A stretch of 64,000 nucleotides of DNA from NCBI GenBank assembly GCA_951406725.2, contig OX597814.1:106020001-106084000 (forward strand). Direction: 5' to 3'. The position numbers and the translations under genes are program-made. Shown here in pieces: positions 15,128 through 28,214 of this stretch. Positions within the stretch are counted from its first letter, which is position 1; each line of letters starts with the position of its first letter. The notes below the pieces were generated by a model that was given only the letters and a program-made list of their open reading frames with translations, was not told where the DNA came from and ran no database searches. This DNA comes from Octopus vulgaris (lineage: Eukaryota).

Positions 15128-15783
15128 GACAGGCAGACAGAGAGGGGTATATGTCTTGTGCGTATGTGTGCGAGAGAATGTGTACGTGTGTAAGTGTGTG
15201 TGAGTGTGTGTAAGTGTGTATGTGCGCTTGTGTATGCATGTGGGAAAGTGTGTATGCTTGCGTGTGTATGTAAGTGTCTGTATGAGATAGAGTAAGTGAA
15301 TGTGTGGCCGTGTGTGTGTATGTGCGTGAGCGTGTGTATAAAAGAAAGTGGGTGAGTGAACGTGTGAATGTGTATATTATATGAGCCTGTGTGTGTACGT
15401 GTGTGTGTGTGAGCGTGTGTGTGTGCGTGTGTGTGTGTGCAAAATGAAAATGCCTGTGAATTGTTCTAATTGCAAGTTGGTTTTTGGTTTCTTCATCCGA
15501 TTCTGTCGTTATTTAACTGAGAGACCAAATAGTCTTGAGTCAAACCGCTGTTAGTTAAGATTTACCGAATTCTGTGACTGGAACTTTGGTCCGGTATTTC
15601 ACTGACGAGATGTTCAAGATTTATCTGTTACCATTACTCTTGTTGGTTCGCTGCCAAGAAAGATGTTTTGTAGTAAAACTCAACTATCCGCTGCTGTTGT
15701 CAAACGATATATCCTGCTGTCGTCGTACTTTAATATCACTAAAGTTGGTTATTTGACAAACCAGACGTTCTAAAGTCAAGTAA

Positions 15784-15963
15784 GGCGCAGGCGTGGCTGT
15801 GTGGTAAGAAGCTTTCTTCTTAACCATATGGTCTCAGGTTCAGTCCCACTGCTTGGTACCTTCGGCAAGTTTCTTCTACTACACCTTCAGGCCGACGAAA
15901 GCCTTGTGAGTGGATTTGGTAGGCGTAAACTGAAAGAAGCCCATAATGCATGTGTGTGTGTGA

Positions 15964-15994
<31 letters not shown>

Positions 15995-16203
15995 TGCGTG
16001 TGTGTGTTTGTTCCCCACACTACTTGACAACTGGTGTTGGTGCTTACGTCTCCGTAACCTAGCGGTTCGACAAAAGATAAAATAAATATCCAGTAGAAAA
16101 CAAAAGGTCAAATACCGGCTTCGATTCATTTGACTAAAAATTCTTCAAGGCGGTGCCCCAGCATGGCCGCAGTCTAATGACCGAAAGAAGCAAAAGATAA
16201 AAG
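15784..16203 (+). mobile_element. tRNA-derived SINE family A (CORE-like middle, internal microsatellite, LINE-derived tail)
   Basis: A-box-like gtggctgtgtggt and B-box-like ggttcagtccc, then ccttcggcaagt, internal (TG)n and the tail ggcggtgccccagcatggccgcagtc. Homologous to 37647-38049. Confidence 0.85.
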
Positions 16204-16789
16204 GCATTGCTATCCCAGTAGCTGCTCATTCAAAAGCTGAGGGCATCCATAACCAACTGCTACGACCATTATAGTGAATAGTGAAACGGAATGCTCCGAA
16301 GAAGCCTATTCCTATCATTGTTATTATTTGACAGACGAGATATTCTCTAAACACGACTATTGCTATGACCGCTGTCACTTGGGCTGTCAAACCAGATGTG
16401 CTCAAGTGAAATATTGTCACCACTGCACTGCTCTGAACCGCATTTAAGAGTGCACAAACACACATTCTTCGCGGAATTCTTCTCTCTCTCTCTTTGTTTT
16501 CTTATCTCCAAACATCACTGTCTCTATTGACATCGCTGCCAACACACTCTCTCTAATTAATATCGCCATCTTCATATTTCCAGTTAATCATTCTGTTTGG
16601 TGCTACTGCTGGTGCTGCTGTTGTTGTTGTTGTTATCTTTCTTACATCGGAATTCATTCTTTTTGTTTATTTATTTTGTAATTTTATTATGAACTGACCT
16701 TACCCCAGGGTCATACTTGCTTTTTCTTCTATCATAGGATCGAAAATCACCGTTTGCTTCAGAGTCTATCATCAACATCATCATTATCG

Positions 16790-16820
<31 letters not shown>

Positions 16821-17019
16821 CATCACCACCACCACCATCAACATCATCATCGCCACCACCAAATCAATCAAAGTCTAATTTGTCTTTCATTCCTCCTTGG
16901 TCGATAAAATATGTATGAAAGATACCGGGATCGGTGCTATCGACAAATATTTCTTCTCAAACCGCCATTATTTTCATTTTTGCTGGTTGAATTATTTAGC
17001 ATTTCTTCCGATTTTAGGT

Positions 17020-18060
17020 TCTGAATTCAAATATTGTGAGGACGATTGACTTTTACCATTTCGGGGGTCGATAAATTAAAGTACCAGTCATAAACTTGGG
17101 TCGATGTAATCGACTAACCCTTCCCATTAAAATTACTAGCCTCGTCCTAATATTTGGAAACCATTATTATCATTTCTAAGGTAGCGAACGAACAGAATGG
17201 TTAGCCCCATTCTGGGCGGCGAGCTGGCAGAAACATTAGCACGCCAGGCGAAATGCTTAGCGATATTTCGTCTGTCACTACGTTCAGAGTTCAAATTCCG
17301 CCGAGGACGACTTAGCGTTTCATCCTTTCGGGGTTGATTAAATAAGTACCAGTTACGCACTGGAGTCGATGTAATCGACTTAATCTCTTTGTCTGTCCTT
17401 GTTTGTCCCTTCTAAGTTTAGCCCCTTGTGGGTAATAAAGAAATAGGTATTTCGCCTGTCACTACGTTCTGAGTTCAAATTCCGCCGAAGTCGACTTAAC
17501 TTTTCATCCTTTCGGGGTCGATTAAATAAGTACCAGTTACGCACTGGGGTCGATATAATCGATTTAATCCCTTTGTCTGTCCTTGTTTGTCCCTTCTATG
17601 TTTATCCCCTTGTGGGTAATAAAGAAATAAGAACGGTTAGAACTCTGGACAAACATGGGGGCATTTCGTCGGTCTTTACGTTCTGACCCCAGATTCCGTT
17701 GAGTTTAAGTTTGCCTTTCATCAGTTTGAGATTGATACAGTAAATACCAGTTGAGTATTGGGGCCGGTGTTATCGAATTACTCCCTTACTCAAAATTTCA
17801 GGCCCTGTACTTATAGCAGAAAGAATCATTATTATTACTAAATGCGGCGAGCTGGCAGGATTGTTAGCACGGCGGACAGAATATTTAGCGTCATTTCGCG
17901 CTTCCTTACATTCTGCGTTTAAACTTCGCTGAGATCAGCTTTGCCTTTCATCCTTTTAGGATCGATAAAATAAGTACCAGTTGCACAGTGGGGTCCATGT
18001 AATCAACTTACTCCTCCCCTTAAAATTACTAGCCTGGTACCAACATTTGAAACCGTTATT
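17020..18060 (+). mobile_element. Cluster of about five copies or monomers of tRNA-derived SINE family B
   Basis: Repeated ggcggcgagctggcagaa...gagttcaaattcc...gcctttcatcctttcggggtcgataaattaagtaccag; the middle resembles the Meta-type SINE central domain. Copies start at about 17020, 17178/17630, 17214, 17446 and 17843. Confidence 0.85.
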
Positions 18061-18219
18061 ATTATGTTAATTCTTTAAAGATGACAGAATTCGATAAATG
18101 CTGAGCCATGTGATTCTGTATAATGTCACTCTAAAATGCAGAGTTCAGACCTTAAAAACAACACTGCATACAGAAGATTCGAAGCCGGCACCACTTGCTA
18201 CGGATAGATGGTTCACTCG

Positions 18220-18585
18220 TGGCACTCTGTCGGTTACGACAACGAGGGTTCCAGTTGATCCGATTAACGGAACAGCCTGTTAGTGAAATTAATGAGCAAG
18301 TGACTGAGCACTCTACAGACACGTGTACTCCATAACGTAGTTCTCGGGGAAATTGAGCGTGGCTGACCCTTTGAAATACAGGTATAACAGAAATAGAAAG
18401 AGTGAGAGAAAGTTGGTGGGAAAGAGTACAGCAAGGTTCGCCACCAGCCCCTGCTGGAGCTTCATGGAGCTTTAGGTGTTTTCGCTCAAGAAAAAAAAAA
18501 CATTCACAACGCTCAGTCTGAGAATCGAAACCTCGTTCCTTCGACCGCATGTCCGCTGCCCTAGCCACTGGGCCATTGCGCCTCC
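18220..18585 (-). mobile_element. tRNA-derived SINE family C
   Basis: The minus strand reads ggaggcgcaatggcccagtgg (A box) and then ggtttcgattctc (B box). Homologous to 24291-24589. Confidence 0.85.
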
Positions 18586-18589
18586 ACTG

Positions 18590-19320
18590 ATTTGTACACT
18601 ACATTTATTAAATCGGTTATCTTCTCTCTAAATATCCTCGCTGATTGGACAATATCATCGATGATAGATTTACCTCTCAAGCTGAAAGAAATCGTTTCTA
18701 CTAATTTCTTTTCTATTTGATTTTTATTCCATTCACTCGTTAGTGTTTCATCGATAATTAAATTGTTTTGTGAATATTTCAAATTGGTTTGTTGATTGAT
18801 TTCATACCATCCAATCATCAATGTATCAATTTGGCTTAGCTAACCACTAATCTCTTTATCTTTGCCAGTTTTTTTTATTGGATTTATTGAATTTAATCTC
18901 ATCTCATCAGGTAAGGTAAGTAAACATGATTTGCAGAAAATCTCTGTTATGTTAGATTATGAAACCTGGATTGGATAAGGACAAATTAAATTTTGTTGAA
19001 AGAAGTATCAGGTAAAATATGCACGAGACACTGTGTAACATCACCATCCGGTGTTTGCGTATCTCTAACGCAATCTGCTCTCTTGTAAGCGTTAACAGCA
19101 AACACCACATTTCCATTCCAGCCTACGGTTTTCGTTCCCATGCTCACCTTTGTAGGTACTAGCACCGTTAATCTCACCAATGTGGGAATGTCTGAAAAGT
19201 TAACAGAAATTATCCCTTGTCTAATGAATACATTCTATAAAAGAAAACTCCGTACAGAGTCGGGCTTCTGGAACTCCAGTATTAAAGTGGATTCACTTGG
19301 TCTGACCCTCACAATGTGAG
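18590..19320 (-). mobile_element. Possible degenerate L1/Tx1-type ORF1 fragment
   Basis: Stop-interrupted frames read ...LILEFQKPDSVRSFL...VRLTVLVPTKVS...IQVS*SNITEIFCKSC. This resembles an RRM-like region followed by the start of a zinc knuckle. The match is weak. Confidence 0.35.
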
Positions 19321-19326
19321 GACTAC

Positions 19327-19533
19327 ATTCTTTCCCACTCTAGGCACAAGGCCCGAAATTTTGGGGGAGGGGGCCAGTCGATTAGATCGATCCCAGTACG
19401 CAACTGGTACTTAATTTATCGACCTCGAAAGGATGAAAGACAAAGTCAACCTCAGCGGAATTTGAACTCAGAACATAAAGACAGACGAAATACTGCTAAG
19501 CATTTCACCCGCCGTTTCTGCCATCTCGCCGCC
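19327..19533 (-). mobile_element. SINE family B copy
   Basis: Reverse complement of the family B head and central domain, with tail aaatttcgggccttgtgcctagagtgggaaagaa. Confidence 0.85.
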
Positions 19534-19609
19534 TTACAAAGGGAAGACTGCATTATCCAATGTAACTACTGCTAAGAAAAACAGTGTGACACAAGTGAAA
19601 TTTTATATG

Positions 19610-19714
<105 letters not shown>

Positions 19715-20811
19715 ATGTATTTATGTATGTATATGTATATACATGTGTGTGTCTCCGTATACATAGGTGTATATATGTGTGTGTGTGTGTGTGTGAATAT
19801 ATATGAAAAGTATCTAGTCATGCCCTCCTCATTGAAGATGTCTTCACTGAGATCCACAAATCCTAGACAGGAATTGTGGATGTAACATGTCACGTGGACA
19901 GAGGATGAGGGGAAATAATATTTGTGGCTTCCGGTTGAGAAGGTGAGTTCGTTTTGAGTATAGGCTTCAACTTTTTAGGAACGAAAGCTAAAATCTATTG
20001 GCGGAATGAGATTCTGTGTCGTTTGTCTTTCAGTTCCAAGAATTTATTCAACCTCAGTACTTTGACGTGGCTACAAGGAAGACTCGAAGCTGGTTCTGCT
20101 AACCAGAAACTTATCTTTATTATATGATGCCGTGTAGAAGTAAAACTGTAGTAAGAGGCCGACAGCAAAATGAAACACTCTCTTCATTTCTTTTTCGCTT
20201 TCACAAAGCCAGCATTATTTTACAATGCATTATTCATATCGTAAAAAAAACAAAAAACAATGAAAATAATTTCCACTGATCTCATATCTATCTCAGAAGC
20301 TACAGTTTCTCTCCATCCCCCACTCCTTTCTCTTCTGTGGGATCTTTCGCTCCAAGCTTGCCCCTCCTCACTCACTTTTTTATGACATTCCTTTGTGTTC
20401 GATATATCAAAGTTTGTATCGAAATGAATGTTTTGTTTTCTTTTTATGATATACTTGTTGTTCATTTTGTTGTTGTTGTAATGGTGGTGTTATTAAGTTT
20501 TATGGGTTTTTTGTGTGTGTTTTCTCGTTGTGTGGAGTTGATACACATATTTAAATTAAACAACAGCTTTCTGAAGGCAGATAAAGTCATTTTGAATATG
20601 ATTTTTAAAATAGCATTTTTACAAAATTGTGAAATGAGGCGGATTTGAGAAAATGAAATTTAAATAATTCTTTCAAACCTAAAGATGTCGCTGCCAGCCA
20701 TGACGGCGAAGGTAGCCACGATTACGGCATAGAGGCGGCGGCGGTGACAACGGCGGAAACGACGACGACAACAACGACGACGCGGACGACGACGACGACG
20801 ACGACGACGAC

Positions 20812-20847
<36 letters not shown>

Positions 20848-21009
20848 AAAAGTGAGGATGTTGATAATAATGACGGGAATGATAAAATCAATGGACGTGA
20901 AAAAGCAAAAGCAGAATGTATAGAATATATATACGTACGCAACACATATATGTACGTTCACGTGTATCAATATGTATATGCATATCTATAGGCTTACGTC
21001 TATATGCCA

Positions 21010-21154
21010 TTATTCAGTTGTATTTCAAGATTTCTTGCCAATTGAGAAAGAACCGGTTTCTAACCCAGATCCAAGGCTCCTTCATTGGAATTTCAACATC
21101 AGCAGCACAGTACTTTTCTTTGTATGTATGTATATATATATATGTATGTATATG

Positions 21155-21186
<32 letters not shown>

Positions 21187-21720
21187 TGTATGTATGTATG
21201 TATGTATATGTGCAGATTTGCATGTTTTGTTTTATGTATGTATTCTCATGCATATAGTTGCATATCTAGATATGTTCATACTTAAATGACGAACTTCTGG
21301 AAAGTTTTACAGATCTTTACAGTTCCAGTGATGGATTGGATCTATAGTCTTCGAAGTAGCTTTCTCCTTTCTGGTTCTGAGAAGCCTAATTTCTCAAGAT
21401 TGGTACTTAGGCAGTGTGTTACATTATCTCAGTGCCCCAAGTATATACCTGAACTTGTAATCTGGATAGAGTAAATGCAGATTTCTCAATAGCTCAGCAT
21501 AGGTGTTCTCTTCTTCACTGATCTTCAGCTTCATGGAAGCATCCACTGGGCAGCTGATTTCCACAACTATGCACAGTTTCTCTTCTCCATCACAAATCAT
21601 TATATCAGGTCTGTTGTGTTTACATTTTATTGAGGTCTTCAGTGGGACACTCCACCAATACCCCTGTTTATTATGAGTGGATTTGGCTTCCACCATATTG
21701 TGGGTTCTTATTTCATATTT
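21010..21720 (-). mobile_element. R4/Dong-clade non-LTR retrotransposon 3' end (restriction-like endonuclease plus 3' UTR)
   Basis: WWSVPLKTSIKCKHNRPDIMI...IVVEISCPVD...YAEL...LEKLGFS...SITGTVKICKTF carries the RLE PD-(D/E) motif. The 3' UTR is homologous to 58158-58400. Confidence 0.8.
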
Positions 21721-21824
21721 CGATAAGGAAGGACTGCTACTGAATTACGAAATTAGGTGAGGATGTGATGAAAATAACATCTGATGTGGGAAACCTAGAT
21801 GTGGTAGAATACACTAGGATATAC

Positions 21825-22037
21825 ATTGGTTTCAAATTTTGGCACAAGGCCTGTAATTTTGGAGGCGGGGCATGTTGATTACACCGACGCCAGCACTCAA
21901 CTGGTACTTTTTTTATCGACCCCGAAAGGATGAAACACAAAGTCGACCTTGGAGGAATTTGAACTCAGAACGTAAAGACGGACGAAATGCCGTTCAACAT
22001 TTTGTCTGGTGTACTAATGATTCTTCCAGCTCGCAGC
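21825..22037 (-). mobile_element. SINE family B copy
   Basis: tttatcgaccccgaaaggatgaaa...ggaatttgaactcagaacgt on the plus strand. Confidence 0.8.
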
Positions 22038-22490
22038 GTTTCGTGCAGTAGATATTAGTATATATTACGGGGTGGTGGGCAACAGGTTGTAGCATGATTG
22101 GGTATGTGATATAGGGTGTCGAGAGTCGGTCGGGCGATGGTATACTGTGCAATATGGAACGATATGCGATACACTATTGAAATATGTGAGTGTTATTTAA
22201 TGATTTAAAGACATTTGAAATGGTTGAAAGTGGGAAAATAATACAGGATGAAACAAAACAAGCAAGCACAAATATTCATATATATGTGTGTGTGTGTATG
22301 TGTGTGTGTATGTATGCATGTACGCATACATGCACATACGTTCGTGTGTTTGTAAGTATATATGTATGTAACCATATATATATATATATATATACGTATG
22401 TGTATGTTTATTTATGCATTTGTGTGTGTGTGCGCGTGTATAATATATGTATTATACATATATTTTATATGTGTATATATATATATATAT

Positions 22491-22608
22491 AAAGGGCATT
22501 ACTATACATAAATGCCTCACGCTAGGAGGCAAAACTACCCTAATAAATACAGTTTTGACTTTAAAAGTCCCTCGTAGCGTGAGACCTATATATATAGTAA
22601 TGCCCTTT
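22491..22608. repeat. Branched inverted repeat in TA microsatellite
   Basis: Paired arms are aaagggcattactata/tatagtaatgcccttt, ctcacgcta/tagcgtgag and gagg/cctc, with inner hairpins caaaact/agttttg and gacttt/aaagtc. Confidence 0.75.
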
Positions 22609-23051
22609 AATATATATATATTTAAAGGGAATAATTATAAATGTTTCCCTTATGAGGATTTTCACGCTGACTACTTGATAGATTCTTATAACGATCTTAT
22701 CCTATTATTAAATTATATACATATATATATACATATATACATATATATATATATACATACATACATTCATACATACATACATACATACATACATACATAC
22801 ATACATACATACATACATACATACATACATACATACATACATACATACATACATACACATATATATACATACATACAAAACATACATACATACGTACATA
22901 CATACATACAAATCATACATAGATACATACGTACATACATACATACATACATACATACATACATACATACATACATACATACATACATACATACATACAT
23001 ACATACATACATACATACATACAAATCATACATACATACATACATACATAA

Positions 23052-23235
23052 GGCGGTGAGCTGGCAGAATTGTTAGCACGCCAGGCGAAATACTTAGCGG
23101 TTACGCTCAGAGTTCAAATTCTGCTTTCATCATCTCGGAGTCGATAAAATTAGTACTAGTTACGGATTGGGGTCGATGTAATCGACTTAATCCCTTCTCC
23201 CAAATTTGAGGCATTTTGCTTCCAATAGAAAAGAT
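23052..23235 (+). mobile_element. SINE family B copy, internally deleted
   Basis: ggcggtgagctggcagaa...gagttcaaattc...gtcgataaaattagtactag. Confidence 0.8.
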
Positions 23236-23307
23236 TATATTATATTATATAGAATAAGATCGGAGCTTTTATATGCAGACCCAAAAGCGTCTCATGTAAA
23301 CGAACTT

Positions 23308-23369
<62 letters not shown>

Positions 23370-23592
23370 CTGCCAGCTTCAGCCTAGCGATACTGTCTCG
23401 CAATGACATTCTTATAGGATTGTATCGAGCTGTGCCGATATAGTGTAGGATAAATATATTAATAATAATAAAAATAATTCATGGATAGACTATGATCGTA
23501 AGAAACATGCGACTTTTGGAAACGCGCGTAGCGATGCATTAAAATATTCTTAAGTGCCATGCATGGGTTATCCTTATTATTATTACTATTAA

Positions 23593-23995
23593 GGCGGCGA
23601 ACTGGCAGAAACGTTAGCACACCTTTTGAAATGCTTAGCGGTATTTCGTCTGCCGTTACGTTGTGAGTTCAAATTCCGCCGAGGTTGACTTTGCCTTTCA
23701 TCCTTTCGGGTCGATAAATTAAGTACCAGTTACGCACTGGGGTCGATCTAATCGACTGAATCCATTTGTCTGTCCTTGTTTGTCTCCTCTATGTTTAGCC
23801 CCTTGTGAGTAATAAATAAATAGGTATTTCGTCTGATTAACGTTCTGAGTTCAAATTACGCCGAGGTCGACTTTGCATTTCATCCCTTCGGGGTCGATAA
23901 ATTAAGTACCAGATGCGTGCTGAGATCATTCTAATCGACTCGACTCCTCCCCCAAAATTTCGGTCCTTGTGCCTAGAGTGGGAAAGAGTATTATT
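23593..23995 (+). mobile_element. SINE family B dimer
   Basis: A full monomer is followed at about 23823 by a second monomer that restarts at ggtatttcgtctg. Confidence 0.85.
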
Positions 23996-24290
23996 ACTAT
24001 TATTATATGTATATATATATTATATATATATATATATATATAAATATAAATACATGTATACATGAATGCAAACATACTCAAATATTTGTATGTATGTATG
24101 CATGTAACTGTGTATGTGTGTATATGATAAAGCAAAATAAAAAAATAATAATGCATTTGCATTATATATATATATATGCATATACATATGTATATGTAGA
24201 CGTATGTGTGTGCATATATATATGTGTGTATGTATAGATGGATATACGTATATGTATGCATATGTATATATGTATATGTGTGTGATGGGT

Positions 24291-24589
24291 GGAGGTGCAA
24301 TGGCCCAATGGTTAGGGCGGAGGATTCGCGGTCATAGGATCACGGTTTCGGTTCCCAGACCGGCATTGTGAGTGTTTATTGAGCAAAACACCTAAAACTC
24401 CGGAAGCGGGTGGTATCGAACCCTACTGTGCTCTTTCTCCACAACTTTCTCTCACTCTTTCTTCCTGTTGTGCCCGTATTTCGAAGGGCCAGCTGAATCT
24501 CCTCGAGAACTACGTTAAGAGTACTCTTGTCTGTGAAGTGCTCAGCCACTTATTTGTCAACCATCGTCGTCGTAACTGACGGAGTGCCA
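24291..24589 (+). mobile_element. SINE family C copy (tRNA-Arg-like head)
   Basis: ggaggtgcaatggcccaatggttagggc...ggattcgcggtc (TCG at the anticodon position)...ggtttcggttccc, with tail cgtcgtcgtaactgacggagtgcca. Confidence 0.8.
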
Positions 24590-24908
24590 CGATGTATGAT
24601 GTATGTATGCATGCTTGTATATATATGTAGATATACATACGTGTGTATGCGTATTATATATATGTATGCATAGTATGTATGTATGTATGTATGTATGTAT
24701 GTATGTATGTATGTATGTATGTATGTATGTATGTATGTATGTATGTATGTATGTATGTATGTATGTATGTATGTATGTATGTATGTATGTATGTATGTAT
24801 GTATGTATGTATGTATGTGTATGTATGTATGTATGTATGTATGTATGTATGTATGTATGTATGTATGTATGTATGTATGTATGTGTGTATGTATGTATGT
24901 ATGTATGT

Positions 24909-24985
<77 letters not shown>

Positions 24986-25341
24986 CGTGTTTATTCACAC
25001 AGCAAAGCGTATCAGCAATTACATTTCCATCCTTTCTCGAAAGCCAAGTTAGTTAAATGCTGTCCTATATTTCGATGTATTTTCCTTACATAAATGAGTC
25101 GAAAGCGAAATTCTTTAAAATTGAATTTAAAACATATACCACTCGCTAAACTTCATTTAAAAACTCATTAAAGGAAAGCTGCTCCTCGACTATAAACACA
25201 AACTGTTTAATGATCCAACGAATGGCTTCGTCATTAGGCGAAATCTGAAACAGTTTCACTAAAGCGAAACAAGATAAAGACAGGAACCTTTACTTGTTCG
25301 CTCTACCTGCTAGAAATAGCAATGGCATTTATGATCATAGA

Positions 25342-25975
25342 GGCGCAGGTGTAGGTGCATATTAAGAAACTTGTTTCCCAATCACACGGTTCCGGGTTCA
25401 GTCCCACTGTGTGGCACAGTAGGCAAATGTCTTCTACTGTAGCCTCGAGCCGATCACAGCCTTGTGAGTGGATGCGGTAGACGGAAACTGAAAGAAGCCC
25501 GTCGTATATATTGGGTTGTCCGGAAAGTTCGTGCCGAGTTTAAAGGAAAGAAAAAGGCCAATAAATACTCACAATTATATTTTTAATCAACCAAATATGA
25601 ACCATTTTGTTGCACAATGCATCTCCAAATTTCTTTTAACTTGAAAATACACTCTTCCCAGAATTGAGGTGGTTTCATGTTCTAAAATTAGTCGCAAGGT
25701 AAGCTACTATAAATCGGCACGAACTTTCCAGACAACTCAATATATATATATACGCCCGCGCATGTGTATGTGTCTGTATTTGTCCCCATAACATCGCCTG
25801 ACAACCGATGCAGGTGTGTTTACATCCCCGTAACTTAGCGGTTCGGCAAAATAGTCCGATATAATAAGTACTAGGCTTGCAAAGTATAAGTCTTGGGGTC
25901 GAATTTCTCGGCTAAAGGCGGCACTCCAGCATGGCCGCAGTCAAATGACTGAAACAAGTAAAAACAGTAAAAGAA
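25342..25975 (+). mobile_element. SINE family A copy interrupted by a mariner derivative
   Basis: The head (25342-25505) and tail (25770-25975) match family A. The insertion lies at the internal TA run. Confidence 0.85.
25511..25740 (-). mobile_element. Mariner deletion derivative (MITE) with TIRs and TA target duplication
   Basis: TIRs are ttgggttgtccggaaagttcgtgccga / tcggcacgaactttccagacaactcaa, flanked by TA. The minus strand encodes FWEECIFKLKEIWRCIVQQNGSYLVD*, a mariner C-terminus. Confidence 0.9.
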
Positions 25976-26129
25976 TACCAGGACTTTCGTTTGCTCGATT
26001 ATATACCTTGCTGCTGTTGGGAGACAAAAAGACATAAAAGACACACACACACACGCGCACACACAGACACACGCACACACGCGCACACACACACACACAC
26101 ACACACACATACATACATACATACATACA

Positions 26130-26161
<32 letters not shown>

Positions 26162-26195
26162 AGTGCTTGTGTATGTGTGTGTGTGTGTGTGTATG

Positions 26196-26258
<63 letters not shown>

Positions 26259-26827
26259 ATATATTTCATGTTTGGATTTGGTTTGCAAGGTTCTTGAAAA
26301 GGTTGGAAGACGTAGGGAAAACTTTTTGAAAAATAAATGAGTAAATGAGGGGAAAATTTACTGGTGTGTGTGTTAAATTATAAGGAACTAAAAGAGAATG
26401 ACTCTCCCCAGACACAACAGTATATATATATATAAACATATATATATATATATACACAAAGGTGTGTATGATTGTGTATAGAAGAATATATGACTCAAAG
26501 AAATTCCAACTTTGATTTTTCATGTTTTATTTACAATCTTATAATAATATAAGATAATCTAGCATAAAATGAATTGATAGGATATTAAATGTCCATTCTG
26601 ATTGAACTCTGTGTGTCTTTGTGCCTGTCTTTGTCCCCCAACACCGCTTGTTAACCGGTGTTGCTGTGTTTACGTCCCTATTAATTAGAGGTTCGGTTAA
26701 AGTGACCGATAGAATTCAGTCAGAATGGAGAGGTAATATTCTATCATTTCATTATATTATATTATCTTCTTATAAGATTGTAAATAAAACGTGAAAATCG
26801 AAGCTGGAATTTCTTTCGGTAATATAT

Positions 26828-26923
<96 letters not shown>

Positions 26924-26925
26924 AT

Positions 26926-27065
<140 letters not shown>

Positions 27066-27082
27066 GTGTGTGTATGCATATA

Positions 27083-27139
<57 letters not shown>

Positions 27140-27366
27140 GTTATTTGCGTTGGAGGTTAGAATAACCATCCAAGGGATAAAAATATCCGTTTTACTACCT
27201 GTATAATTACATGTGTTAACCCTGGGCATACATATGCAAGCATATTATGCTCATAAGATAGGTCTATTTGTATTAAAAAGTAATAATCGATGTAAGTCAA
27301 TTGTTGTTGATCAATATTTCTCCATTTTCTGTTCACTTTAAATTTATATATATACTTACATTATAT

Positions 27367-27452
<86 letters not shown>

Positions 27453-27492
27453 GTATATATACATACGTATATGTACAAACTTACATCTCTAC

Positions 27493-27529
<37 letters not shown>

Positions 27530-27533
<4 letters not shown>

Positions 27534-27990
27534 TATGTGGGCACAGGACGTCATGAAACGTGTACAACAAAAATACGAAGTACGAATACATGGAATAGGA
27601 ACTATTTTTTCGAACAACGAAAGACGCAAATGGAAAACAAGACAAACAACATAAAGAACGCCTCTTCATCTGTTTTTGGTTGTTTTTCAAGTCTCGTATT
27701 TGGAGCATTTAACAACACTATACGCTTTCGATAAAACAGTTGCTCCCGCAAAGCAAATTAAATAAGATTGGGGATTTTGCTGAGGGTCAAAATGCGTAGC
27801 ACAAACAGGACAGTGAAAACACGTAGGAAGGGCTGCTAAGCCTAAACGAGATTGTGGTTGTGGTGGCGAACGCATAAATCAAGCTTGGACAGGAGTCAGA
27901 CAAGAATACGTCTTCCTTGTTCCAGCTACAATGGAGAGAAAGAAAGTTAGGAGAAGGAAGAAAGATAGTCGATGGTCTCGTGGGAGCCAC
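27530..27990 (-). mobile_element. Interspersed repeat family P2 (probable PLE pseudo-LTR)
   Basis: Shares ctgtcctgttt...ttgaccctc, gcgggag...tatcgaa, (c/g)tgatgaag and terminal gtcctgt with 29448-29765, 49750-50095 and 51566-51810. It ends in TA microsatellite. Confidence 0.55.
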
Positions 27991-28089
27991 GTGAGCAAGG
28001 AAGTAGGAGTGAGGGAGAGAGAGAGAGAGAGAGACAGAGTGACAGAATAATAGGATATATATGCGACGTTCTTCTTTGGTCAGTCCACG

Positions 28090-28180
28090 AAAACACTTGC
28101 TCAAGCGCCATACAGTGGAACCGAACGTGGAACCTTGTGGTTGGGAAGCAAGCTTCTTACCATACAGCCATACCTGTGCC
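28090..28180 (-). mobile_element. SINE family A head fragment
   Basis: Reverse complement of ggcacaggtatggctgtatggtaagaagcttgcttcccaaccac. Confidence 0.75.
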
Positions 28181-28190
28181 TATAGGCTAT

Positions 28191-28214
28191 CCTAACCCTA
28201 ACCCTAACCTTAAC
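28191..28214. repeat. Short interstitial (CCCTAA)n run
   Basis: cctaaccctaaccctaaccttaac, about four units. Confidence 0.6.

Noticed and set aside
16226-16465. Hydrophobic 79-aa minus-strand ORF and Cys-rich plus-strand frame
   Set aside because: No recognisable domain or convincing splice context, so I cannot call an exon.
17020-18060. Regularly recurring repeats resembling an array
   Set aside because: They are SINE copies in eukaryotic DNA. There is no repeat-spacer CRISPR structure or cas gene.
28191-28214. Telomere-type repeat
   Set aside because: Only about four units, too short to indicate a telomere or fusion site.
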